Shown here piece by piece: positions 32,200-41,988 of a stretch of 64,000 bases of DNA. This DNA comes from Phycisphaerales bacterium (lineage in GTDB: Bacteria; Planctomycetota; Phycisphaerae; Phycisphaerales; SM1A02): contig SIAM01000006.1 in NCBI GenBank assembly GCA_009691785.1, positions 1,725-65,724 on the forward strand, written 5' to 3'. Each line of letters opens with the position of its first letter. Within the stretch, counting starts at the first letter, position 1. The position numbers and the translations under genes were made by a program. The notes under the pieces were generated by a model, which was not told the origin of the DNA, did not search any database, and saw only the letters and a list, made by a program, of their open reading frames with translations.

Positions 32200-34110
32200 T
32201 CAGCGGGCGGCGGTGGTGGCGGCTGGAGCATTGAGCCAGCGTGCAATCAAGTCATCAGATGCCGCTTGCGGATATTTGCGGATCAGCGCCGCGGCAATCA
32301 ATCCCATGAACAAAGGTTGCGGCATGGTTGGTCGGCTGGTGAGTTCGGGGTGAAATTGCGCCGCCACAAAACATGGATGCTCGCTTGCGGAAAGTTCCAA
32401 CACTTGCATGATTGGATGTTTGGGATGACGCCCGCTGAAATGCAATCCAGCTTTGGTGAGCGCGTCAATATATTGTGGCTCAACTTCATAACGATGGCGA
32501 AAGCGTTCGCGCACCAACTTGGATTTATACAGATGTTCCGCGAATGATCCTGGTTCAATGGCCACATCTTGCGCGCCAAGACGCATGGTGCCGCCAACAA
32601 TGCCTTCAAGTTTTTTCTGATCTGGAAGTTCGCTAATAAACGCGTGCGCCGTATTCGCATCAAACTCGGTGCTGTTGGCGTCGACCAGTCCAAGCACATT
32701 GCGCGCAAATTCAATCACGGCCATTTGAAATCCAAGGCAAATACCCAGGAACGGCAGGCGAGTTGTGCGCGCGTATTCCACGCAAAGAATTTTCCCCTCA
32801 ACGCCGCGCTGGCCAAATCCGCCAGGCACAATGATTCCATCCACGCCTTGAAGAACCGCGGCCACATCTGGCTTGGAGTCAAGCGTGCTGGTGTCCATCC
32901 ATTTCAGGTCCACTGATGCGTTGAGCCAAATGCCGCAATGTTCAACGGCCTTGTCAATGCTGGCGTAGGCGTCACGCAGGCTGGCGTACTTGCCCATCAC
33001 GCCAATGGTCACGCGGTGGGCGCGCGGAGCAACAAGGCGCGAACTAAATTCGCTCCACTTGCGGCGTGATTGATCCTCTTTGCCGGCATTGACACGGTTA
33101 TGAAGTTGCAGCAGCGAAAGAATTTCGCGGTCAAGTCCGGCCTCGCGCATGGCGTCGGGAATAAAATAAATGCTCTCGCGGTCATGCAGGGAGAAAATGC
33201 GGTTCAGCGGAACGTTGGAGAACATTCCAATTTTCTGCATCACTTTTTCAGTGACTGGATTGGTGGCGCGGCACGCGATGACATGCGGTTGCACGCCGCA
33301 CTCCATGAGGCGCTTGATGCCAAGTTGCGCGGCCTTGCTTTTTTGCTCGCCCAAAGTGGCGGGCTCCAAGATGTATGTCAGCGCCACAAAGCAAGTTGAT
33401 TCGGGTCCTTCCTCAAACGCCAACTCGCGCAAAGCCTCGATATAGAAGCCATTTTCGTAATCGCCCGCGGTGCCACCAACTTCAACAAACACAACATCGG
33501 CGGGACCGCCATTGGGTCCGCCAGTCATGGCCAATTGTCGCAGATGCATCTTCACGGTGCCGGTGACATGCGGAATCATTTGCACATCGCGGCCAAGAAA
33601 ATCTCCGCGGCGCTCGCGGTCAAGAATATCGCCGTAAATCTGTCCCGCGGTGACAAAGTTTCGTCGCGAAAGATTTTGCTCCAAGATGCGCTCGTATGTT
33701 CCCAAGTCCATGTCGGTCTCAAGACCATCTTCAAGCACAAAAACTTCGCCATGGCGAAATGGATTCAGGGTGCCTGAATCAATGTTCAGGTAGCCCTCCA
33801 TTTTGATCGGCGCAACGGTAAGCCCCTTGTCTTTTAAAAGTTTGGCAAGGCTGGAGGAAAAAATTCCTTTGCCCAAACCGCTCATCACGGTGCCAATCAC
33901 AACCACAAATTTGGTGCGGCCCTTTTGATATCCCTTGGGCGTGGGCGAGAACCATTCCTTCTCTTCGTCGCTGGCGGAAAATTGCGACAAGAAAGCTGGA
34001 TCATTTGATTGATCCGCCGACGATTTGGGTTGAGAACGATCCTTGGAGGGCACGCTTGATCGTACCAAATGGAGCAATCCACTCAAGTTGTACCAAGGAT
34101 ATTTGTGCAA
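32200..34110 (-). CDS. pyrG: CTP synthase (start codon uncertain, non-ATG)
   Basis: TKFVVVIGTVMSGLGKG at the synthetase N-terminus and the GATase active site LPFLGICLGFQ. The stop at 32200 is firm. There is no in-frame ATG upstream of the conserved core; candidates are TTG or GTG between ~33990 and 34110. Confidence 0.95.
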   Translation of the reverse strand: MHKYPWYNLSGLLHLVRSSVPSKDRSQPKSSADQSNDPAFLSQFSASDEEKEWFSPTPKGYQKGRTKFVVVIGTVMSGLGKGIFSSSLAKLLKDKGLTVAPIKMEGYLNIDSGTLNPFRHGEVFVLEDGLETDMDLGTYERILEQNLSRRNFVTAGQIYGDILDRERRGDFLGRDVQMIPHVTGTVKMHLRQLAMTGGPNGGPADVVFVEVGGTAGDYENGFYIEALRELAFEEGPESTCFVALTYILEPATLGEQKSKAAQLGIKRLMECGVQPHVIACRATNPVTEKVMQKIGMFSNVPLNRIFSLHDRESIYFIPDAMREAGLDREILSLLQLHNRVNAGKEDQSRRKWSEFSSRLVAPRAHRVTIGVMGKYASLRDAYASIDKAVEHCGIWLNASVDLKWMDTSTLDSKPDVAAVLQGVDGIIVPGGFGQRGVEGKILCVEYARTTRLPFLGICLGFQMAVIEFARNVLGLVDANSTEFDANTAHAFISELPDQKKLEGIVGGTMRLGAQDVAIEPGSFAEHLYKSKLVRERFRHRYEVEPQYIDALTKAGLHFSGRHPKHPIMQVLELSASEHPCFVAAQFHPELTSRPTMPQPLFMGLIAAALIRKYPQAASDDLIARWLNAPAATTAAR

Positions 34111-34174
34111 TTTCTTGTGGATTCATTTGCTTTGCGACTATCAAATGCCTGAAAAACTTGGGAGTATTCACAAC

Positions 34175-36751
34175 ATGAGAAATACGCTCTTTCATAGTGC
34201 TTTACGCGCATCTTTGGTTCTTGCGGGCATCACGGGTTTGGCCGCAATGGCCGAGGACGCGGGTTTGGGTTGGGGCTTTGAATGCGGCTGCCTGCAGCAT
34301 CGGCTTGAGCATGAGATGCGCCCGCCTGCCAAGGGCTCTGGACAGATGTGGAATGAGGTCAGTGGTTCGGATTCCCACAACTGGCCGCCTAGCCCAATGG
34401 TGAACTATGAGCATGTGAAGATTGCGCTTCGCTTTGCGGATGTGGTGGCGCCGGAAGCGGAGGCGGTGGCCACATACACCGTGCGCCCAATTGGCGTGTC
34501 TGTTGAAAGTTTAAAGTTGAACGCCAATGGATTGAAGATCGCATCTGTGAAACTGGATGGCGCGGCGACGGAATTTTTCAGCGATGGAAAAAACTTGACC
34601 ATGAAGTTTGCCAAGCCACTGCCCAGCGCCAAGTCCAGCGTGATTGAAGTGGCGTACAGCATTTCGCGGCCGACCGATGGAATGACTTTTTCACCGGCGT
34701 ACCCTGACCGCGCTGGATATGGTCCGCAAGTTCACACGCAGGGCCAGACAGAGGGAAATCATTATTGGTTTCCCTGCCACGATTTTCCCAATGTTCGCCA
34801 AAGCACCGAGCTTGTGGTGGATGTTCCCAAGGGAATGACTGTGAGCGGCAATGGAAAGTTGGTTGAGCATGTGACCAAGGGCGAGCGAGAAATATGGGAT
34901 TATCTGCAGGAAAAGCCTCATGTCGCGTACTTGGTAAGCGTGGTGGTGGGGGACCTTGAAGCGGTGCCATTGCAAAGTCCGTTGTCGGGAGTGCCTATGC
35001 ATGTGTGGGTTCCCAAGGAGCGCGCAGGTGATGTTGAGCGTACCTATGGTCGCACCGATCGCATGATCGCGCTGTTTGAAAAAGTATTCGGTCAAAAATA
35101 TCCGTGGGCCAAGTACGACCAATTGTTGGTGCGCAACTTTGGTTCTGGCGGCATGGAAAATACAAGCGTGACCAACTTGTATTTGTCAGCCATTCTCAGT
35201 GAGAACGCGGCCAAAGAAGAGGACTTGGACGGCTTGATCAGCCACGAGTTGTGCCATCAATGGACTGGCGATTTCATTACGTGCAAAAGTTGGGCGGACA
35301 TTTGGCTCAATGAAGGATGGGCCACCTATGGCACCGCGCTGTGGATGGAGGAGCGCGATGGCGCTGACGGATATTTTGAATCCATGCTTGACAACGCTGG
35401 CGTGGCCAAGGGCGACAATACTGACAACACGGTTGGCATGGTGAGCAATATTTATAAGAACGCCGGCGAAACTTTTAGGCGCGCCGCCAATCCGTACCCA
35501 AAGGGCGCCAGTATTCTGCACATGTTGCGCGAAATGGTGGGCGATGACATTTTCTACAAGGGCGTGCACGCGTACATGGCAAAATTTGCGCTTTCCACCG
35601 CGGAAACAAGTGATTTTCGCATTGCCATGGAGCAGACCAGCGGGCTTAGCTTGGAGTGGTTTTTTGACCAGTGGTGCATGCGCCCGGGCTGCCCCAATAT
35701 TTCCACCACGGCGACCTACGACGCGGCAACGCGCATGTTGAGGATCAAGGCCGAGCAGACGCAGAAGATTGACGAGCGCACTCCGGCCATGCGCGTGAGC
35801 ACTCCTATTTGCGTTCGCACTGCTTCAGGTGAGAAGACCATTGCGTGGCAGTGGCGCGATCGCACGGCGGAGATTGAAATTCCACTTGATGGACCGCCGC
35901 AGTGGGTGGCGTTTGATCCGCGGCTTGCGACTTTGAAAACATTGAAGATGGATTGGCCCATGGAGTGGTTGCGGGCGCTGGCAAAAAATGGTCCAACCAT
36001 GGCGGCGCGCCGTCAAGCGGTTGAGGCGTTGAGTGGCGATGCTTCGCCCGACACCATCGCGGCGCTGGAGGAGATTGTCAAGAATGAATCTGGTCGACGA
36101 AAAATTCGCGGCGAGTGCATTGATTCGATCGCGGACTTTAAGAACGCCGACAGCGCGGCGAGCATTGGAAGATTGCTTGACGCGCCGCCGCAAGATCCGC
36201 GCGTTCGTTCGGCGTTGACATTGGCGTGCGCCTCGCTTGCCAAGGAGAAAGCCATTCCAATATTGATGAAGCAACTTGCTGAGGATTCCAGTGATTTATG
36301 CCGCAAAAATGCCATAGATATGTTGTCCAAGTTGGAGGCCAAGGAAAGTGTGGATGCGATCATGGCCGCCGCGGACATGCCAAGCCATCGGCAACAAATT
36401 CAACAGGCGGCCATGCGCGCCTTGTCCAAATTTGAAACCGCCCAAGCGTTGCCGCAAGCGTTGAAGTACGCATCGCTTGGTGGCTATGACCGTGCGCGCG
36501 GCGCGGCGATTGATGCGGTTGGAAAATTGGTTTCCAAAGATGAGAAAGACCCCGCTCGGATCCAGGCGATCACGCAACTTATTTCATGGCTTGATGATCC
36601 TGAGCGCGGCGCGCGACGCGCCAGTGCCGAGGCGCTTGTGAATTTAAAATCCAAGGACGCATTGCCGCGCTTGGAGGCCATGGCTAAAAGCGATCCCGAC
36701 CCGGATGTGCGCGAGGCCGCGGCCGATTGGGTGAAACGCATCAACGGGTAG
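34175..36751 (+). CDS. pepN: M1 family metallo-aminopeptidase (aminopeptidase N-like) with C-terminal HEAT repeats
   Basis: GGMENTS (GxMEN), HELCHQWTGD (HExxH) and WLNEGWATY. Signal-like MRNTLFHSALRASLVLAGITGLAAMA from ATG 34175. The track start at 34043 would overlap pyrG. Confidence 0.92.
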   Translation: MRNTLFHSALRASLVLAGITGLAAMAEDAGLGWGFECGCLQHRLEHEMRPPAKGSGQMWNEVSGSDSHNWPPSPMVNYEHVKIALRFADVVAPEAEAVATYTVRPIGVSVESLKLNANGLKIASVKLDGAATEFFSDGKNLTMKFAKPLPSAKSSVIEVAYSISRPTDGMTFSPAYPDRAGYGPQVHTQGQTEGNHYWFPCHDFPNVRQSTELVVDVPKGMTVSGNGKLVEHVTKGEREIWDYLQEKPHVAYLVSVVVGDLEAVPLQSPLSGVPMHVWVPKERAGDVERTYGRTDRMIALFEKVFGQKYPWAKYDQLLVRNFGSGGMENTSVTNLYLSAILSENAAKEEDLDGLISHELCHQWTGDFITCKSWADIWLNEGWATYGTALWMEERDGADGYFESMLDNAGVAKGDNTDNTVGMVSNIYKNAGETFRRAANPYPKGASILHMLREMVGDDIFYKGVHAYMAKFALSTAETSDFRIAMEQTSGLSLEWFFDQWCMRPGCPNISTTATYDAATRMLRIKAEQTQKIDERTPAMRVSTPICVRTASGEKTIAWQWRDRTAEIEIPLDGPPQWVAFDPRLATLKTLKMDWPMEWLRALAKNGPTMAARRQAVEALSGDASPDTIAALEEIVKNESGRRKIRGECIDSIADFKNADSAASIGRLLDAPPQDPRVRSALTLACASLAKEKAIPILMKQLAEDSSDLCRKNAIDMLSKLEAKESVDAIMAAADMPSHRQQIQQAAMRALSKFETAQALPQALKYASLGGYDRARGAAIDAVGKLVSKDEKDPARIQAITQLISWLDDPERGARRASAEALVNLKSKDALPRLEAMAKSDPDPDVREAAADWVKRING

Positions 36752-36774
36752 TTGTGTTGCGAAGCGGGGTGACG

Positions 36775-36833
36775 CGCATTGAACGAATTTGATTGGGCAC
36801 ATTGTATTTCAATGCGGGCGTTGCAATTGCAAC
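36775..36833. repeat. nested inverted repeats in a convergent intergenic region: CGCATTGAA-N24-TTCAATGCG, then the 14-bp palindrome GTTGCAATTGCAAC
   Basis: Read directly (arms 36775-36783 and 36808-36816; palindrome 36820-36833). It lies between the pepN stop (36751) and the kdsB stop (36855). There is no clear U-tract, so terminator function is only plausible. Confidence 0.6.
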
Positions 36834-36854
36834 AACACATACAACTGCGCGAAT

Positions 36855-37640
36855 TTACTGACTAGATCGGGCTTCTAATTTCTCCAATTGCTGCGGAGTG
36901 TCCACTCCATGAAAGCGCGCATTGCCAATTGCCACGGCGATAGAGTGGCCATTCTCCAGAATGCGCAGTTGCTCTAGTTGCTCCGTCAGTTCCAATGGTG
37001 TTGGCGCAAGAGCCACGAAAATGCTTAGGAATTCGCGGCGATACACATATAAACCAACATGTTTCAGTGGCTCCACTGCGATGGTCGCGCCCACGCGATG
37101 AAACGGAATGCACGAGCGGCTGAAATACAAGGCGCGACCGTGGGCGCCCACCGCGACCTTGACCAAGTTGGGATCGTTGGCGTCTTCCCCCGGCATGAAC
37201 GGACTTGCAACCGTGCTCACGGGAACGCTTTTGCCGGCCTTCATTAACGCCTCAATCGCAAGATCAATCAACTCTGGCTCAATGCGCGGCTCATCGCCTT
37301 GCACATTCACAATGATGTCGGCGTTGAGCGTGGCCGCCACTTCCGCAATGCGGCTGGTTCCATTGACATGGTCGGCGCGTGTCAGGCGCGCGTCAAAGCC
37401 CGCCGCCGTGACGGCGTCCACAATGCGCTGATCATCCGTGGCAACAATGATGCGCTGGACATGTTTTGATTTTTGGGTCTGCTGGCACACATGAACAATG
37501 ACGGGCTTGCCCGCGAGAAGCGCCAATGGCTTTCCAGGAAATCGAACGCTTGCCCAACGCGCTGGAATAACCGCTACCACTTTCACTTTGCTGTGCGCAG
37601 GGCTCAAATCAGAATCGGACTGCGCGCGCGTAGCCATCAA
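36855..37640 (-). CDS. kdsB: 3-deoxy-manno-octulosonate cytidylyltransferase
   Basis: VAVIPARWASVRFPGKPLA and VNVQGDEP motifs. ~260 aa. Confidence 0.93.
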   Translation of the reverse strand: MMATRAQSDSDLSPAHSKVKVVAVIPARWASVRFPGKPLALLAGKPVIVHVCQQTQKSKHVQRIIVATDDQRIVDAVTAAGFDARLTRADHVNGTSRIAEVAATLNADIIVNVQGDEPRIEPELIDLAIEALMKAGKSVPVSTVASPFMPGEDANDPNLVKVAVGAHGRALYFSRSCIPFHRVGATIAVEPLKHVGLYVYRREFLSIFVALAPTPLELTEQLEQLRILENGHSIAVAIGNARFHGVDTPQQLEKLEARSSQ

Positions 37641-39133
37641 CCGCCGAGTTCCTTGAGGACGGTGTCGATCAGTTTGCGCTTGTCACGAATGTCCTTGTAG
37701 CCAATGTTTTTGCGCAAAATAGTCGAGCAAATTTCAGCGGCTTCCTTGGCGGGTCCCGTAGTTTTGTCAGCGCGCGCCTGTTCAATAAGACTGTTCATCA
37801 AGTCGTAGCGAATATCAAGTTCACGGTCCGCGCTAGTGGCATCAAGCACTTGCAGCGCCTCGCGAAATTCACCAATCGCTTCCACGTGCCAACTTTCGGC
37901 GGCGAAACATTTGCCCAACATGTGAGCCGCGTTCAAGCGGCACTTGGCCTCGTCCTTGGCGGCTTGAAAGCAAGGCATGGCGTCTTGGAATCGTCCAAGT
38001 TCAAACCAAATTCGTCCAACTTCGGCCTTGAGTGTTCGGTCCGTTGGATATTTTCCCATTCGGTCGGCGTATTCACTGCCCTCAAGTTCAAGACACGCTT
38101 CGCGGATTGTCTTTGCATTGTCCTTCAAACTTTGATTGCTGGGATCTTTGGCACATTCTGATTCCGCTTCGCGCAACTTGCGACGCATTTGCACAATACG
38201 AATGTCGCCAGCCGCCATGCGGAAGCGATATTCACTCAGACGATTGAAGCCGTCCAAATACACTTCTTGGGATTTCGCCTCGGATTCCGCGGTGCCAATT
38301 CGACGCAATAATGTGGCGTATTTCTGCACATTTTCAGGCAGCGCGGGATTTGTTTCCCAGTCTAATTTGGCGCGATCCAGATTTCGCAAATCGGTGTCTC
38401 CGCCAGCCGCAATTGTGTCTTGTTCTTGCAGCGCGCGTTGTTTTTCCGCATCCTTGATGTTGGCGCGGAATCCGCCCTCTTGATTTGCCGTGTTGTTGTA
38501 TCCGCCTTGCTGAATTGCGCGCGCGGCCGTGAGTTGTTTGAGCTCAGTGACCAATTTCGAGTCGGATGGATCCAGGCGAACGGCTTCTTCGCCACATGCC
38601 AAGGCTTCATTCCACGCGTCCACTTGGGAGAATAAATTTTTGGATTGAATCCATAAACTTTTACTCGCTTTTTTCTTTTGTTGTATTCGAACCAAATTCA
38701 ACGCCATGGGGGAAATCCAGCGTCCAAGTTCTAGCATGGACAATTTCCCGGCAAATTCAAGAAACTTCATCAGGGCTGGAAGATTGTTCAGGTTGCGCAT
38801 CCAAATAAATTCAGCGGCGGCGAGTTTGGACATGTTGCCTCCAATACCATCATCAACCGCTTTGATTTCTTTGCTCGAAGCGGGTTTGCCACCGCCCTGA
38901 TAAAAACTTTTCGCGGTGTCGAACATGGATTGATGAAAAGCCATGTTGCCCGCATCAAGTTTCACGGCGCTTGCAAACAAATTCAGCGCGTATTCAAAGT
39001 TTCCACTGTTGACCATGCTGGTGGCGTGTTGGAAAAACTTAACCGCCTTCTCTGGCTGTGGCTCGACGACACCTTTGACAGGTTTTTCTTCTGCATTGTC
39101 CGCGGCATCACCAGTTTTTTTCCAATTAAACAT
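37637..39133 (-). CDS. TPR repeat protein (hypothetical)
   Basis: Repeated TPR-like helices (e.g. GNFEYALNLFASAVKLDAGN, AWNEALACGEEAVRLDPSD, RFQDAMPCFQAAKDEAK). The stop overlaps the kdsB start by 4 nt. Start at ATG 39133 or 39175. Confidence 0.7.
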   Translation of the reverse strand: MFNWKKTGDAADNAEEKPVKGVVEPQPEKAVKFFQHATSMVNSGNFEYALNLFASAVKLDAGNMAFHQSMFDTAKSFYQGGGKPASSKEIKAVDDGIGGNMSKLAAAEFIWMRNLNNLPALMKFLEFAGKLSMLELGRWISPMALNLVRIQQKKKASKSLWIQSKNLFSQVDAWNEALACGEEAVRLDPSDSKLVTELKQLTAARAIQQGGYNNTANQEGGFRANIKDAEKQRALQEQDTIAAGGDTDLRNLDRAKLDWETNPALPENVQKYATLLRRIGTAESEAKSQEVYLDGFNRLSEYRFRMAAGDIRIVQMRRKLREAESECAKDPSNQSLKDNAKTIREACLELEGSEYADRMGKYPTDRTLKAEVGRIWFELGRFQDAMPCFQAAKDEAKCRLNAAHMLGKCFAAESWHVEAIGEFREALQVLDATSADRELDIRYDLMNSLIEQARADKTTGPAKEAAEICSTILRKNIGYKDIRDKRKLIDTVLKELGG

Positions 39134-39236
39134 TCGCAATAACTCCTGAGGTAAGTTGCCAACTTGGATTATCAAAGGTAAGCCCTTACGGGCTTGGGGT
39201 CAACGCATAATACGGGAGTGAATTACGATAGGTTGC

Positions 39237-39755
39237 GTGAGTAAATTAAAGCGTTCCATACTTGTGTACCCCGAGCCAGCGTTGCGGAGGAAAGCCAAGG
39301 CTATTTCCAAAGTCACCCCTTCAATCCGAGAGCTTGTCAGCGACATGTTTCGCCTGATGCGCGAAGCAGCGGGCGCGGGTTTGGCCGCTCCGCAAGTTGG
39401 CGAATTGTTGCGGCTCTTCATCACCGAAGAGCGCCCGGACGATGGAATTCCAGAGCGCGTCTTTATCAATCCGATTTTAAGCAAGCTCGATGGAGACTTG
39501 ATTCCATATGACGAGGGATGTTTAAGTTTGCCGGACATTCGCGGAATGATTCGGCGACCAACATTTGTCGCCATTGACGCCATGGATTTGGAGGGCAACA
39601 ACTTTCATTTGGAAAGCGACGCATTTCCCGCGCGCGTGTGGCAACATGAGTTTGATCATTTGGAAGGCATGCTGATCATTGATCGCATGACGCCCATTGA
39701 TCGACTTCGCAACCGCAAAGCCGTGAAAAATCTAGAACGCGAAGCGGGGCATTAA
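39237..39755 (+). CDS. def: peptide deformylase
   Basis: GLAAPQVG, EGCLSLP and QHEFDHLEG motifs. GTG start as in the track. Confidence 0.95.
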   Translation: MSKLKRSILVYPEPALRRKAKAISKVTPSIRELVSDMFRLMREAAGAGLAAPQVGELLRLFITEERPDDGIPERVFINPILSKLDGDLIPYDEGCLSLPDIRGMIRRPTFVAIDAMDLEGNNFHLESDAFPARVWQHEFDHLEGMLIIDRMTPIDRLRNRKAVKNLEREAGH

Positions 39756-40730
39756 GTGGCGGAATTCATAGCGGATTTCGCTGGCAGCGTGGTGTTTCTT
39801 GGTGGCGGAAGTTTGGGCATTCCATGTTTGCGTGAACTAGCGCGGCGCGGTTGGATTGATGCGGTTGTCAGTCAACCTGATCGACCCGCGGGGCGCGGTC
39901 GTGTGAACACGCCAACACCACTTTCAGAAGCGGCCCTTGAATATGGGTTGAAATTAATTCGCACGGAGAACGCAAATGAACTGGCCGTGCGTGCGCAATG
40001 CGCGCGCGCCAAAATGCTTGTGGTGATTTCGTTTGGACAAAAGTTATCGCAGGAATTGATCGCGGGGCGCTGTGCGATTAATTTGCATCCGTCATCGCTT
40101 CCCAAGTGGCGCGGTGCCGCGCCCATTCAGCGCGCCATGATGGCTGGCGAAGAACACATCACGGCGTGCGCCATGGCAGTGGCCCAGCGCATGGACGCTG
40201 GGGAAATTTACGCACGCCAGCACTTTCAAGTTGGAGCCACCGAAACCGCTGGCGAGTTGCATGATCGCATCGCGCGCGAAAGCGTGGACATGATGCTGCA
40301 AACAATCGAGCGCGCATTGATAGGCGCGTTGACTGGCGAGGCGCAAATTGAAGCCGACGCCACACGCGCTATGAAGCTTTCAAAGGGCGAGGCCTTTGTT
40401 GATTTTGCCCACTCCGCGCGCATGGTTCGCTGTCGCATTCATGGTCTTGCGCCCTGGCCTGGTTGCGACGCGGAAATTGCTGGTGAGCCAATTCGCTTGC
40501 TGAAAGTGCAAGAGGTCGCCATGGTAGGCGCCACTGTGCAACCCAATGCAAATGCCACGCCGGGTGAAATTGTGCGAGGCGGATTTGTGTCGTGCAGTGA
40601 AGGCGCCATTGAAATTTTGCAAGTGCAGCCCGTTGGTAGACGCGCCATGGCGTGGGCGGATTTTTGCCGCGGTCGATCCATTGTGACTGGTCAACGCATC
40701 ACCTCGTCGTCGCGCAAGGAGCAAGCGTGA
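39756..40730 (+). CDS. fmt: methionyl-tRNA formyltransferase
   Basis: VVSQPDRPAGRG and INLHPSSLPKWRGAAPIQRA. It directly abuts the def stop. Confidence 0.95.
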   Translation: MAEFIADFAGSVVFLGGGSLGIPCLRELARRGWIDAVVSQPDRPAGRGRVNTPTPLSEAALEYGLKLIRTENANELAVRAQCARAKMLVVISFGQKLSQELIAGRCAINLHPSSLPKWRGAAPIQRAMMAGEEHITACAMAVAQRMDAGEIYARQHFQVGATETAGELHDRIARESVDMMLQTIERALIGALTGEAQIEADATRAMKLSKGEAFVDFAHSARMVRCRIHGLAPWPGCDAEIAGEPIRLLKVQEVAMVGATVQPNANATPGEIVRGGFVSCSEGAIEILQVQPVGRRAMAWADFCRGRSIVTGQRITSSSRKEQA

Positions 40731-40800
40731 GCGAACAATGTTTGCAAATTTTTTTATGGGCGGCAAGACTGGCTAACGGGGCGCGAAGTCGGGCTGACTC

Positions 40801-41904
40801 ATGAAGTCCAATGCCGCATCAAACACGACCCCGCAATCGGATTTGAAATTGGTTGATTTGGATTATCCGTTCTCCGAAAATTGCATAGCCACCATTCCGG
40901 CGCAGCCGCGCGACAGCGCGCGCATGATGGTGGTGCGGCGCAATAGCCAAGACATAGTCCACGCGCGAGTGAGCGATTTGCCGCGTTGGCTTCAAGCGGG
41001 TGATCAAGTGGTGTTGAATGAGACCAAAGTGGCGCCCGCGCGCGTGGTGCTGAAGCGCCAACATGACGGTCATGATTTTGAAGGTTTATTGGCTGAAAAA
41101 CGTACGGATGGCACATGGCTTCTCATGGCCAAGAACAGTCGAAAGTTTCGCGAGCAAGATCGATTGTGCTTGCAACATGAAAGCGGCGCGCCCGGCGCGC
41201 ATTTGATTTGTCTATCCAAAGTGCCCGATGGTTGGATTGTTGCATTCGCGGATGGAACTGATTCGCAAGCAGCGCTTGAGGAATGTGGCCGCACACCTTT
41301 GCCTCCATATATTGTTCGCGCTCGTGGTGACAGTGGACCAAGCGAGGCATTTGATCGCACGCATTATAGAACGACCTTTGGTCACGACAGTCGCTACCAC
41401 TCTGTAGCCTCGCCAACAGCGGGGTTGCACTTCACGCCTGAACTCTTGCGACAAGTGGAAGCTGCAACGCAATGCGCGCCGACATTTGTGACACTTGAAG
41501 TTGGCATGGGAACATTCAAGGCAATTGAAACTCCACGGCTTGCCGACCATGTGATGCACTGTGAGCGATTTTCGGTTTCGGCGGCGACCTTGGCGCGGCT
41601 TGATGCAACACGCCCAAATGGACGGCTAGTGGTGGTGGGAACCACCACGGTACGGGCGCTTGAAAGCCTTCCAAGTCCGCTTCCAAATTGCGATTTTCAT
41701 GGGGAATCAAGCTTGTTTATTCAACCTGGCTATCAATTCAAGCACGTTGACGCCTTACTGACTAATTTTCATTTGCCACGCAGCACGCTCTTGAGTTTGG
41801 TGGGATCATTGGTCGGACTCGATCGGCTGAAATCTCTTTATGCTCTGGCACAACAAATGAACTATCGCTTCTATTCTTATGGAGACGCCATGCTTATTCT
41901 CTAA
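40801..41904 (+). CDS. queA: S-adenosylmethionine:tRNA ribosyltransferase-isomerase
   Basis: LPPYI, SVASPTAGLHFT, VGTTTVRALES and TNFHLPRSTLL motifs. Confidence 0.95.
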   Translation: MKSNAASNTTPQSDLKLVDLDYPFSENCIATIPAQPRDSARMMVVRRNSQDIVHARVSDLPRWLQAGDQVVLNETKVAPARVVLKRQHDGHDFEGLLAEKRTDGTWLLMAKNSRKFREQDRLCLQHESGAPGAHLICLSKVPDGWIVAFADGTDSQAALEECGRTPLPPYIVRARGDSGPSEAFDRTHYRTTFGHDSRYHSVASPTAGLHFTPELLRQVEAATQCAPTFVTLEVGMGTFKAIETPRLADHVMHCERFSVSAATLARLDATRPNGRLVVVGTTTVRALESLPSPLPNCDFHGESSLFIQPGYQFKHVDALLTNFHLPRSTLLSLVGSLVGLDRLKSLYALAQQMNYRFYSYGDAMLIL

Positions 41905-41988
41905 ACTGATCACGCGCTTGATATTCACAAACGCACCGCACAGAATGAACTCTTTACAACGAACCACTTAGCCCGCACGTATACACAC

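Noticed and set aside
34043-34174. Longer start for the aminopeptidase (track ORF from 34043)
   Set aside because: It would overlap the divergent pyrG coding region. The signal-peptide-like sequence starts at ATG 34175.
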